Counted from the first letter of the stretch, positions 8,011 through 17,037 are shown. The stretch: 31,656 nucleotides of DNA from Candidatus Marsarchaeota archaeon (GCA_023474775.1 JAMCXP010000048.1:1-31656), one strand, 5' to 3'. Notes: generated from the letters alone by a model not told the origin. Numbers and translations: made by a program.

Positions 8011-9108
8011 TTATTTCAGGCGTTTCAAAACAGTAGTGGCATAGCTCCCTGGGGGAAGCTTGAATTGTATATTATTAGCTGTTTTGCTGATTTTGACAAG
8101 CATTGTCAGAGCTCTTAACCCTCCTTTGCTTGAAAGCTCAGGCATTGACTTTAGGTTAAAATCTTCTTTTTTTATTTTTTCTTTTTTTAATATTTTTTCT
8201 TCTGTTTTGTTGAGTTTTGTCTCGCTTCCTATTATGTTCGCCACAACGAAAACTTTTCCCTCCCTTGCTTTTTTTTCATCTCCTCTTTTTTTTACAAGAC
8301 TTGGAAAGCCAAGCTCGTTCGCACCGCAGTAAAACTCGTTTTTCATTGCTTTGTAGATATTTCTTTTTTTCATCTCCTCATTGAACAGCTTTGCCTGGTA
8401 GGCGTGTATGAAAAGAAGCTGCAGCGTTCTTGGGATTCTTCTGAGCGCTCCGACATAGTCATTCTGGTGTTGCGAGAGGTGTTCTATCATGATTCTTTCA
8501 TATCTTAGAAATTTCGGGAAGTATTCGAGGGCTTTTTTGAAGTTTTTGTCTTTTTTCAATCTTGTCCTTTCCTTTTTTGAAGAGTCGTTTCCATCGCACA
8601 GGTAGCTTGTAACCGCTTCTTTAAACCTTCCTTGAACTAAAAGCTTTCCAATCTTGGCCGTGTTTTTTCTCATCGATCCGAATCTCTGAGGCCCGAACTC
8701 GTTTGGAATCACTCTCTCTTTTTTTATTATTTTTTTATTAAACGTTATGATGAAATTATTCCCCTTGAGCTTTCCCATTGCAATTTTTTCATTTGAAGTC
8801 CAAGCGCCGTTTATTTGAATGTCTTTTATTTTCAAGTAAAGCAGTTCTTCTGGCTTCACTTTGTAAGCGCTGCAAAGCTGCACCGTAATGGCGTTTCTGT
8901 CCTTGTTGCCGGCGCTTGAAAAGCTTTTTCTGGACCTTCCAACCGCCTTTGCGATGGCGCTGAGAGCTTGGAGAGTGTTCCAGTTTTTTTTCTGAAGAAT
9001 GAAGAGAGTTTGATCTCCCTCACTGTTTTTTTCATTTATTTTTTCGTTTAACTTCAAAACCCTGCCAGTATAGTCTATCTCCTCCACTATAAAATCTTCA
9101 GGATTCAT
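8011..9108 (-). CDS. truD: tRNA pseudouridine(13) synthase TruD
   Basis: PEDFIVEEI, catalytic AGNKDRNAITVQ, GNNFII, PNEFGPQRFG, HAYQAKLFN, FKLPPGSYAT. Confidence 0.95.
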   Translation of the reverse strand: MNPEDFIVEEIDYTGRVLKLNEKINEKNSEGDQTLFILQKKNWNTLQALSAIAKAVGRSRKSFSSAGNKDRNAITVQLCSAYKVKPEELLYLKIKDIQINGAWTSNEKIAMGKLKGNNFIITFNKKIIKKERVIPNEFGPQRFGSMRKNTAKIGKLLVQGRFKEAVTSYLCDGNDSSKKERTRLKKDKNFKKALEYFPKFLRYERIMIEHLSQHQNDYVGALRRIPRTLQLLFIHAYQAKLFNEEMKKRNIYKAMKNEFYCGANELGFPSLVKKRGDEKKAREGKVFVVANIIGSETKLNKTEEKILKKEKIKKEDFNLKSMPELSSKGGLRALTMLVKISKTANNIQFKLPPGSYATTVLKRLK

Positions 9109-9131
9109 TTCAAAATTCTTCCGTTAAATAT

Positions 9132-9590
9132 TCAGCTCCATATTTTATCAACCAGCATTTCTCCATATGTTGAATAGTTTATTATGTCCTCCAAAGTGTC
9201 TTCAATTTTCTCATCGACAACGCTCCTGCTGTTTTTTTTAAGAAGGTTTTGAACCCTGGAGTACTTGTCGCTTATCCTTACAATCAAGCCTTTTTCACCG
9301 AACCTGAGAATATTATCATCTCCGTAATCGGCGTTTTTCTTAACTCCAAGCTCAAAGCATTTTTCAAGTGTTTTTTCGGGTTTAACTTCATACCTGGAGA
9401 AAAGAATTGAAATAGCCAGTTCCTTGCTTTTCTTGAACATTTTTGATTGATTTTCAGGTTTGTTGAAGCTGTTTTTCAGCTCGTCCAGCATCGCTTCAAT
9501 TTTTTTACTCGCGTTTTCATCGCTTATTTTTTCTATTGCAATTTGTTTGAGAGAGTATTTCCTGAAGTTTTCCTTCCACATTTCAATCAA
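9132..9590 (-). CDS. DUF1599-like (nucleotide-modification-associated, all-alpha NTP pyrophosphatase-like) protein with an N-terminal extension
   Basis: KKNADYG...GLIVRISDKYSRVQNLL...EKIEDTLEDIINY matches the K-x-x-DYG / RxxDKxxR / ExxxDTLxDxxNY pattern. Confidence 0.75.
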   Translation of the reverse strand: MIEMWKENFRKYSLKQIAIEKISDENASKKIEAMLDELKNSFNKPENQSKMFKKSKELAISILFSRYEVKPEKTLEKCFELGVKKNADYGDDNILRFGEKGLIVRISDKYSRVQNLLKKNSRSVVDEKIEDTLEDIINYSTYGEMLVDKIWS

Positions 9591-9621
9591 ATGTTTTGAA
9601 CTTGATGGTTTAAAAAATATT

Positions 9622-10803
9622 CTAGTAAAGAATTCTTCTGGTGAGAGCGCCTATCTTGTGAAACATTTCACTGAACTGCGCTCCCTCCTGAGTTTCTGTT
9701 GAAATTGGAATTACCTCGCCGCCCTGCTCCTCGGTTTTTTTGATTATTTCTTCGAGAAGGTCTTCCTCTTTTTCTATTTTAGTCTCCCCGCCGCACTCGC
9801 ACTTGTAATCAGGCGAGTATTTTTCATATCTTTTTCCGCACTTTGGGCAGAGCAGGGTGTATTTCACAAGCTTAAATCCTTCAGTCACAAGAAGTTTTGA
9901 AACGTTCTTTTGTTCTAGGTTGCTCATTATTTCATTAACCCCGTAAGTGGCGGTTCCATTTTTAACTATCTCGGCCATGAACTCGTCAACTATCTTTTTT
10001 TCCTTTACCATTTCCTGCTCTGAGATAAGTTCTGAGCTTTTGTTTATCAACTCCCTCAAGCCCGACTCGTCCGCGTATCCAATATCAACAACCCCTATGA
10101 TTTTAAGCTGGTAGTTGAAGTATTTTCCCTTTACGAAATCCTCTTTTGTAGGTCCTGGCCCGCCCACTATAACTCCCTTGAATCTTTTAATGTCAAGGAA
10201 TGCGTTCATCGCCTCTCCTATTCTCTGATAATACTTTTCAACTGTTTCCTCATGTATTCTCTGGAATCTTCCGGCGCTCTGCCCTCCTTTGTGGAATTTT
10301 TGATGCGCCGTGCTGTGCAGTTTTTTGAGGACTTTTATTGTCTTACCCTTCAAAACGCCTACAGTGGCGTCTCTTCCGTCCATCGCCAAAATCCCGTAAG
10401 AATCTGAATTGTCGGTTATTTCAAGCAGTGGGTCCAAAACAAACTTGCTTTCACACCTGTAAAACTGCACTTGAAGCGGCTGGGGTGGGATGACCGTGAA
10501 TAATTCAATGTCAGGCTTACCCTCGGTTTCCGAGATGTTGCCGCAGAATATCGCAACCCCGTTTTCAGGCGGTGTTGGCATTTTCTTTAAAAAACTCATA
10601 ATCTTTTCAATTGCAGCTTGAACGTTTTTTTGCGTGGTCTTGCTTTTAATGTTTGAAGCCTGCCCATACTCGTCCCTAAGCTTTCCTACTATTTCACTTA
10701 CAGGGTAGTTTGGTGTTATGTAAACGCTTATGAGCTCGGTTCCCCTACCTGAATACTTAGTCATTTCCTCAAGCTTTTTCTTAAACTCGTAGTTGCTTTC
10801 CAT
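9622..10803 (-). CDS. prf1: Archaeal peptide chain release factor aRF1 (eRF1 family)
   Basis: GTELISVY, NIKS, YRCESKF, GGQS; C-terminal CPKC...CEC zinc ribbon. Confidence 0.98.
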   Translation of the reverse strand: MESNYEFKKKLEEMTKYSGRGTELISVYITPNYPVSEIVGKLRDEYGQASNIKSKTTQKNVQAAIEKIMSFLKKMPTPPENGVAIFCGNISETEGKPDIELFTVIPPQPLQVQFYRCESKFVLDPLLEITDNSDSYGILAMDGRDATVGVLKGKTIKVLKKLHSTAHQKFHKGGQSAGRFQRIHEETVEKYYQRIGEAMNAFLDIKRFKGVIVGGPGPTKEDFVKGKYFNYQLKIIGVVDIGYADESGLRELINKSSELISEQEMVKEKKIVDEFMAEIVKNGTATYGVNEIMSNLEQKNVSKLLVTEGFKLVKYTLLCPKCGKRYEKYSPDYKCECGGETKIEKEEDLLEEIIKKTEEQGGEVIPISTETQEGAQFSEMFHKIGALTRRILY

Positions 10804-10811
10804 TTTTTATC

Positions 10812-11372
10812 TTAGCCTAGAAGCTCGCTTCTTGCCTGCTCCAGTTGAATTCTTATAACATCCTGCTTTTTTCTAAGCATGCCTGTAAGCGATGAAGAGT
10901 ATTTTATTACCGCAATGTTTTCGTAAATCTCCTCCATTTCTTTGAACACTTCTTCGGCTTTTTTCTTGTTTTTATTTTTTAAGAGAATTTGAATTTGCCT
11001 TCTCAGCTCTCCCACGCAGTCGGCTAGTCCCTGCGCATAACTCAAATAATTGCAGTGAATACCCTCTGGGTAGGGAATTTCCTTTTTTTCTATAATTGCC
11101 TTCAAGCATCTAAATTCAGAGTATTCCTGCATTGCAATGCCCTTGATTTGATCAAAACCCGTTATTTTCTCGATGGCCTCAACTTTTGCGTCGGTTTCCT
11201 TCAATTCATCCTCGCTTATCTCTTCGTTTTGGTGGATTTTTTTAATCATCTTTGAGCACTCTCTAACAATCTCCCTTGAGAGCTTCAGCGCTTTGTCCTG
11301 CTCGGCCTCTTTCTCGCTCAGCTCTTTGTCAAGCTTTTCGATTATCTCTTCTATTCTGTTTTTTTTATCCAT
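10812..11372 (-). CDS. Translin/Trax (C3PO) family protein
   Basis: LKLSREIVRECSKMIKKIH, AMQEYSE, YAQGLADCVGELRR; start set at MDKKN (track start 11387). Confidence 0.88.
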   Translation of the reverse strand: MDKKNRIEEIIEKLDKELSEKEAEQDKALKLSREIVRECSKMIKKIHQNEEISEDELKETDAKVEAIEKITGFDQIKGIAMQEYSEFRCLKAIIEKKEIPYPEGIHCNYLSYAQGLADCVGELRRQIQILLKNKNKKKAEEVFKEMEEIYENIAVIKYSSSLTGMLRKKQDVIRIQLEQARSELLG

Positions 11373-11435
11373 GTTTATGTTTTGCATGCTCTGGTTTTTA
11401 ACTTTTTCACTTCTAATTTAAAGCTTGGGTTTAAA

Positions 11436-11879
11436 ATGAAAGTATTGTTCATCTGCAAGGGCAATGTTGCAAGAAGCCAGATGGCGGAAGGTTTTTTCAA
11501 CTCTATGACAAGCAAGCACAAAGCATTCAGCGCAGGGGTTAAACCAGGATTACATGAAGGGAAAACGCTTGATGAAGAAGAAGACAGCAGGAGGGTGGTC
11601 AAGGCAATGAAGGAAAAAGGTATTGACCTAAGTGGAAAGCGTTCAAAAAAACTTACAAAGAAAATGTTTGACAAAGCCGATTTAGTGGTTTCCATGTGCG
11701 GAATTGACACTCGATACGCCAGCAATTCAAGAAAGATTAAACACTGGAGGGTTAAAAACCCGAGATTTATGAATCCCGTCAAAATCGCTGAGGTTAGAGA
11801 CAAGATACAAAAAAAAGTAAAAATACTCGTGGGTGATCTTAATTCTAAACAAGCATTATTCAAAAAGCGCGTTGAATGA
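11436..11879 (+). CDS. Low-molecular-weight phosphatase / ArsC-fold protein
   Basis: MKVLFICKGNVARSQMAE (CX5R loop), FSAGV, GIDLSGKRSK, ADLVVSMC, HWRVKNP. Confidence 0.9.
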   Translation: MKVLFICKGNVARSQMAEGFFNSMTSKHKAFSAGVKPGLHEGKTLDEEEDSRRVVKAMKEKGIDLSGKRSKKLTKKMFDKADLVVSMCGIDTRYASNSRKIKHWRVKNPRFMNPVKIAEVRDKIQKKVKILVGDLNSKQALFKKRVE

Positions 11880-11897
11880 TATTCTTAAAACCTATTT

Positions 11898-12446
11898 TTA
11901 GGCTTTTAAGGTTTTAATAATTTTATTTATTTTGCTTTCAAGCTCTTCCTTGGTTGAATCGTTGATTATTTTTATTTTTGACAGGCTTATAGTTCCCTTG
12001 ATGTTTTGATTATTGCTTTCCCATTCTTTCTGCTCTGATTTTTTGAATTCTTCAAAAGTTTGGTTTTCCTCGCTTGCTCTTTTCCTTTTCATTGTTCTTT
12101 CATATCTTGTTTCTATTGGCGCGTCGATTGAGATGAGTGTGAATTTTTTCATTTTTTCCAACTCCCAAACTTCTTCAGGGGATCTTATCCCGTCTATAAC
12201 GGCGTTTTTAGGTTTTTCCATTTCTATTTTCTTGACTACCCTTTCAGCAAGAACCTGCGGTCCGTAATTCTCCCTAAGCTCGTTTGCTATGTTAAATAGG
12301 TTTTTTCTTTCAGGCGGCAAACCTCTTTTCTCGCACTCGTCCCTTACCTCCTCGCTTAAACTGTAATACTCAAATCCTTGCTTTTGTAAAATTTGAGAGG
12401 TTAAGCTCTTCCCAGAAGCGAATGTGCCCGTCAAACCTATTTTCAT
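11898..12446 (-). CDS. P-loop nucleotide kinase, dephospho-CoA kinase-like / archaeal UPF0200-like
   Basis: Walker A GTFASGKS, VIDGIRSPEE, IDAPIETRYER; substrate uncertain. Confidence 0.8.
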   Translation of the reverse strand: MKIGLTGTFASGKSLTSQILQKQGFEYYSLSEEVRDECEKRGLPPERKNLFNIANELRENYGPQVLAERVVKKIEMEKPKNAVIDGIRSPEEVWELEKMKKFTLISIDAPIETRYERTMKRKRASEENQTFEEFKKSEQKEWESNNQNIKGTISLSKIKIINDSTKEELESKINKIIKTLKA

Positions 12447-12675
12447 GAATTCTTTTTTAAAGCGTTTTCTTAAAAAAGCTTTTCTTTTTTTATGTTCTAT
12501 ATTAAATCTCGCAGTTAAATAGGTTTATTAACTCTTGAAAAGGCAAAACAATAATAGTAGAATTTTATGTCATGTTATTTGCCTTCAGTTTTTTTATTTA
12601 TTTCATTATCCCTAAGGTAAAGTTGGTAAGGTAGTTTGTAGAAGAGTACGTAAAAATTGAACCCGGCTTAAAATA

Positions 12676-12690
12676 GAAAGCTATATTAAG
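12676..12690 (+). promoter_or_regulatory. BRE/TATA-like promoter for the LAGLIDADG ORF and downstream tRNA-Gly
   Basis: GAAAGCTATATTAAG; the TATA ends about 25 nt before ATG 12715. Confidence 0.5.
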
Positions 12691-12714
12691 TAATTTCATA
12701 TCTAATTTAATAAA

Positions 12715-13443
12715 ATGAAATTTAATGATGAATATAAAATTCTTATAAAGAAAGGTATTTCATTAAATAAGATAAATAGAATTACAGGAATTGCAAAGTC
12801 AACTCTGTATCATCATTATAAAAAAATAAAAGGGAGGAAATATTCTTTAGTTTATTTTTCAGAATCCAATCCTGAAGTTGTCGGAGAATTCATGGGTATC
12901 TTTGCTGGAGATGGTAATTATTATTTTGATAGAAAGACATATCATCATACTATCAGAATTTTTACTGGCCTGTATGAAAAAGAATATGCGGATTTTCTAG
13001 AAAGTTTCCTTACCAAACTATTTTCTAAAAAACCAAGGAGGTATGCCAACAAAAAATCAGGCGTTATAATAACAGAGTTTTATTCTAGATTAATTTACGA
13101 TTTTATAAGAAAATATTTATATTGGGATAAACTAAAAGTTAAAAGTATACGACTAAAAAACTTTAGGAGTTTACATAGACCTTTCTTAAAAGGGTTTATA
13201 AGAGGATTATTCGATACTGATGGGGGGATATATAGAAAGAAGAATAAAGTTGCTATTGGAACTGCTTCAAAAAGACTGGCGTTTCAAATAAGAGAAATAT
13301 TTAGATTATTTAATATAGAGCCTGGTTTTTATAAATATAAACAAAAAGATTTTTGGTATATTGATATTTATGGTTCCAGAACGAAAAGATTTATGAAAAT
13401 TATTGGAACGCATCATCCAAATAAACTAATCAAGCGGCTTTGA
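12715..13443 (+). mobile_element. Free-standing HTH plus double-motif LAGLIDADG (homing endonuclease-like) ORF; the stop codon lies inside tRNA-Gly
   Basis: Motifs EFMGIFAGDG and FIRGLFDTDG; N-terminal HTH ISLNKINRITGIAKSTLYHHY; strongly AT-rich (9 G+C in 12721-12780). Confidence 0.85.
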
Positions 13444-13504
13444 TCTAATGGCATGATTCCACCTTCCCAAGGTGGTCGTGCGGGTTCGATTCCCGCAAGC
13501 CGCA
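13434..13504 (+). tRNA. tRNA-Gly(CCC), intronless
   Basis: GCGGCTT/AAGCCGC acceptor stem with A73; CCACC-TTCCCAA-GGTGG anticodon arm; GCGGG-TTCGATT-CCCGC T-arm. Confidence 0.96.
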
Positions 13505-13510
13505 CTTACT

Positions 13511-15181
13511 TTACATTTTTTCAAGCGTTTCAATGCCGAGCATTTCAAGGCACTCCCTGAGCGTCTCCTCTGTTTTTTTGACAAGCATAATTCTTAACCC
13601 GTTCTTGCTTTTAACCACCGTATTTTCAGAGTAGAAAGTGTTGAATAAGTGCGCTGTTTTTAATGCGTAATCCGCTATGATGTGTGGGCTTAACTCTCTT
13701 TCAGCCTGCTTTAATGCCGACTGGTAGAACGCCAGCTGACCTGCAAGTTTTTTTTCATTTTCATTCAACTCAAAATCAAAATTCATTTTTTCCAACTCTC
13801 CAAGTTCTTCCAATTTTTTGATAATGCTTTTGGTTCGTATATGAGTGTATTGTATGTAAGCGCCTGTGTCTCCTTCAAAGCTGACGCTCTGCTTTGCGTT
13901 GAACGAAATGTTCTTTTCGTTCCTCACTTTAAGCACTGAAAACTTCAACGCTGCTATTCCTACTTTTCTTGAAATATCATCCTTTTCTTTTTCGCTGTAA
14001 TTTTTTTCAGTTTTCTCCAGCTCTTTAAGCGCTTCAACCCTGCTTTCCTCCAGAATGTCTTCCAAAAGAATGGTGTTGCCCTCCCTGGTGGCGAATGCTT
14101 TCCCTTCAATTGTCATAAAACCATAACCAACATGCCTGAGAGTTTCGGTGTAATCCCTTCCAAGCATTTTAAGTATTTGAAACAACTGTTCAAAGTGGTT
14201 GTTCTGCCTTGAGTCAGTAACGTAGATACTTAAATCAGGGAGGTATTTTTCATTTTTATAGTCCGCCCAAGCCAAGTCTCTTGTTATATAAACAGTAGTC
14301 CCGTTGGATCTCATCAAAACAGTGTTTGGAATATTGTACTTTTCAAGCTTGACTATAAGCGCTCCTTCCTCAACAACAGCTATCCCCTTCTCCTCACATT
14401 CTTTGGCAATGAGCGCAGCGTTTTCTATGAACTGGCTTTCTCCTTTTATCTCGTCGAAGTTAATGCCCAGCAATTCATATGCTTTTTTGAATATTTTCAG
14501 CGAGTGTTCTCTTATTTTTTTAATCACTTTAAGCGTTTCAGCGTCTCCTTTCTCTATTTTTTCTATTATTCTATTAACTTCTGCTTTAAGCTCCTCGCTT
14601 TCCTCCACTTTCTTGTTTATTTCAACATAAGTGTCCAAAAGCTGCCTCTCGTTTTCTATTTTTTCCATATTAAGTCTTTTCATCGCGAGTATCATCAACG
14701 CCACCTGCCTTCCACTGTCACCGGGATAATTGATACTGAAAACCCGCCACCCGTTCCTTTCCATTATTTTTTTAATGCTGTCGCCAAGTATGGTGGACCT
14801 TATATGGCCAACGTGCAACGGCTTTCCTATGTTAGGAGATGAAAACTCCACGACCGCCGTTCTCGCTGCTTTTTCTTTTTTCTTTTCTTCAGCAAGGCTT
14901 TTGATGTAAAATTTTTTAGTGAAGGCCAGGTTTAAAAAATTGTTTTCAACTCCTTTAAAATCAACATTCTCGCAAAGATTTTTGTCTTCTATTATTTTTT
15001 TTATAATCTTCTCCGCGCTTCCCTTCTGCACTGCTTCAAAGAGCGGAATCGCCACGTCTCCGTAACTCTCATTTGCCCTAACGGGCTTTGTCTTTAAACC
15101 CTCGCCTTCAAGAAGCTTTGCTAGACCTTCCATTATTTTTTCAGCTTCCGACTGACGCATGTTTTGTCTTTCACTTCTCAA
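13511..15181 (-). CDS. argS: Arginyl-tRNA synthetase (true start may be ATG 15160)
   Basis: VVEFSSPNIGKPLHVGHIRSTILGD (HIGH), YPGDSGRQ, VYITRDLA, SFEGDTGAYIQYTHIR, DALR-type C-terminus. Confidence 0.97.
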   Translation of the reverse strand: MRSERQNMRQSEAEKIMEGLAKLLEGEGLKTKPVRANESYGDVAIPLFEAVQKGSAEKIIKKIIEDKNLCENVDFKGVENNFLNLAFTKKFYIKSLAEEKKKEKAARTAVVEFSSPNIGKPLHVGHIRSTILGDSIKKIMERNGWRVFSINYPGDSGRQVALMILAMKRLNMEKIENERQLLDTYVEINKKVEESEELKAEVNRIIEKIEKGDAETLKVIKKIREHSLKIFKKAYELLGINFDEIKGESQFIENAALIAKECEEKGIAVVEEGALIVKLEKYNIPNTVLMRSNGTTVYITRDLAWADYKNEKYLPDLSIYVTDSRQNNHFEQLFQILKMLGRDYTETLRHVGYGFMTIEGKAFATREGNTILLEDILEESRVEALKELEKTEKNYSEKEKDDISRKVGIAALKFSVLKVRNEKNISFNAKQSVSFEGDTGAYIQYTHIRTKSIIKKLEELGELEKMNFDFELNENEKKLAGQLAFYQSALKQAERELSPHIIADYALKTAHLFNTFYSENTVVKSKNGLRIMLVKKTEETLRECLEMLGIETLEKM

Positions 15182-15421
15182 TTTGTTTTTTTTAATTTTA
15201 ATTAATTGGTTTTTGAAATACTTTGCGTTTGCGCGTGTGAACTAAAAACCGCTTTTTAGCATAAGAATAGTTGAAGGAGGTTTATATGATTTACGCTGGC
15301 AGATAAGGGTCGTAAGATTTAGCTATTGTTTTGAATGCTTTTTTAATTTACAAGGCTTAAAGTGTTGGACAAATTTTTTTTAGGTGAACTTTTAAAAGTC
15401 TTGTTTTAGAAGAAATTAATG

Positions 15422-16225
15422 TTATATTATAATCTGCTCTCTTGGGTATATTTCAACTCCCTTGCTTGTTATCTTGAACGGGTGCATTGAAGTGTCGTGA
15501 TTTGTCTGTCTCATTTTGAGTATTTCAATAGCCCTCTGTCTTCCCTGCTTTATTAAAATGTTGTGCAGTAGTATAACCCCGTCCACCACGAACTCCTCCA
15601 CTCCGTACCTCCCAACAAGGTTTATTGACTCAGGCGTTTCTGAAACAAAAAAAGTTGTTATACCCATTGTTTTAAGCCTCTTGTTCAAATCATTCATCAG
15701 TCTTCTAAGTTCGTACGGGTTTTGAAGAGACCCTCCTAGATATGTTATACTGTCAACAACCAGCCTCTTCGCCTGCATGTCCTTTATCTTGTAGTATAAT
15801 TCTCCCGAAAGGCTGGTGGCGAAATTCTTCACTTCATACGGGTCTTTTGATATTATAGCAAGCTTGTTCTCCTTCTCGTACTTTTCTATTTCCATGCCAA
15901 AACTTTTAGCGGTGTGCCTGATGCTTTCTGAATTCTCCTCGAATGAGATGTATATTCCGGGCTCGTTGAACTTAACCACTCCCTCGTATAAAATCTGAAG
16001 AGATAGGTTTGTTTTTCCAGAGCCGCTTGAACCGTTGATTAGAATGGAAGAGCCTCTTGGAATGCCGTCAGGAATAAGCTCATCCAAACCGTTCACCCCT
16101 GTTTTCATTCTGCCGAAGTCTACTTTCTCCTCTTTCTTTTCTTCTATTCCAGCCACTGGCGCGAAAATTGGAATTTTTTTATCCCCACTATTTTTGTTCT
16201 CACTTGCGTTTTTTTTGCTCATCAC
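15422..16225 (-). CDS. Single-domain KaiC-like RecA-superfamily ATPase
   Basis: TGVNGLDELI, Walker A GSSGSGKT, YISFEE, Walker B LVVDSI, EEFVVDGVILL, RAIEILKMR. Confidence 0.93.
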   Translation of the reverse strand: MMSKKNASENKNSGDKKIPIFAPVAGIEEKKEEKVDFGRMKTGVNGLDELIPDGIPRGSSILINGSSGSGKTNLSLQILYEGVVKFNEPGIYISFEENSESIRHTAKSFGMEIEKYEKENKLAIISKDPYEVKNFATSLSGELYYKIKDMQAKRLVVDSITYLGGSLQNPYELRRLMNDLNKRLKTMGITTFFVSETPESINLVGRYGVEEFVVDGVILLHNILIKQGRQRAIEILKMRQTNHDTSMHPFKITSKGVEIYPREQIII

Positions 16226-16441
16226 ATCTTTTTTAATACAATCTGCTTTAAATTCCTTGCTTTTGAGTTTTAAGCATGTTTAAGTACGCCATGATTGGAC
16301 TATTAGCAAAAGAAAATCATGATAAAAAGCAGTATTTGTTATCGACAGGCATTTTTAGCTTTTTAATCTTCAAGCGTAATGTTTTTAACTATTTGTTTTA
16401 AAATTAATAATCAAAATTAAAACCATGATTTTTTAATCAAG

Positions 16442-16993
16442 ATGTTAAAAATGCTATCAAAGACTATTACAAAGGAGATTAAAGTGCTTAAACAACCGTT
16501 TTCAAGCATCGTGATTACCAGCAGTGATGATTTTAACGAGGTGGTGTTAGACCTTGTAAAATCTATAGGAAGCAATGCGACCATAGTGATGGTTTCATTC
16601 AACAAACCTTCCAGCACGTTCGAGAATATTTTCAAAGGAAAGACAAAAAGTGACATTTTTTACGTTGACTTGGTTACGCAGGTTGCCACAGGAGAGCCAC
16701 AGAAAAAGGAAAACGTTGTTTTCCTGGCCAGCCAGCGCAACCTGACTGACTTGAGCATAACTCTAAGCGAGGTTTTGAACAGACTTGAAGGGAAGAAATT
16801 CGTTATCCTGGATTCTCTGACAACAATGCTCCTTTACAATGATTCAAGCACCACCACTCAGTTTCTCCAGTTCCTTTCAAACAGGCTTAGATTATGGAAC
16901 ACAAGCAGTTTTATACTAACCATGGAAGGGAAAGGCGAAGAGGAGGTTATAAGAGTGGTAAGCCAAGTGGTTGACAAGACAATCAAAACCTGA
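16442..16993 (+). CDS. Inactivated KaiC/RecA-like ATPase domain protein (DUF835-like)
   Basis: RecA-type core (IVMVSFNKP, IFYVD, FVILDSLTTMLLYN, VSQVVD) with no Walker A lysine. Confidence 0.72.
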   Translation: MLKMLSKTITKEIKVLKQPFSSIVITSSDDFNEVVLDLVKSIGSNATIVMVSFNKPSSTFENIFKGKTKSDIFYVDLVTQVATGEPQKKENVVFLASQRNLTDLSITLSEVLNRLEGKKFVILDSLTTMLLYNDSSTTTQFLQFLSNRLRLWNTSSFILTMEGKGEEEVIRVVSQVVDKTIKT

Positions 16994-17037
16994 ATTTGTT
17001 TTTATCAAATTTAATCTTAAATTAAACTTATTCTGCT

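Noticed and set aside
9109-9141. Upstream in-frame ATG for truD interrupted by TAA (MELNI*RKNFE), or a YLTEEF segment in another frame
   Set aside because: Too short to tell from chance; TruD from ATG 9108 already has all conserved motifs
12440-13520. Integrative element at tRNA-Gly (att duplication, integrase)
   Set aside because: No integrase and no convincing duplicated tRNA fragment; CCGGCTT at about 12663 is only a 6-nt match to the tRNA 5' end
16291-16401. 36-aa + strand ORF (MIGLLAKENH...) between the KaiC-like genes
   Set aside because: No SD or recognisable motif; it lies in an AT-rich divergent promoter region
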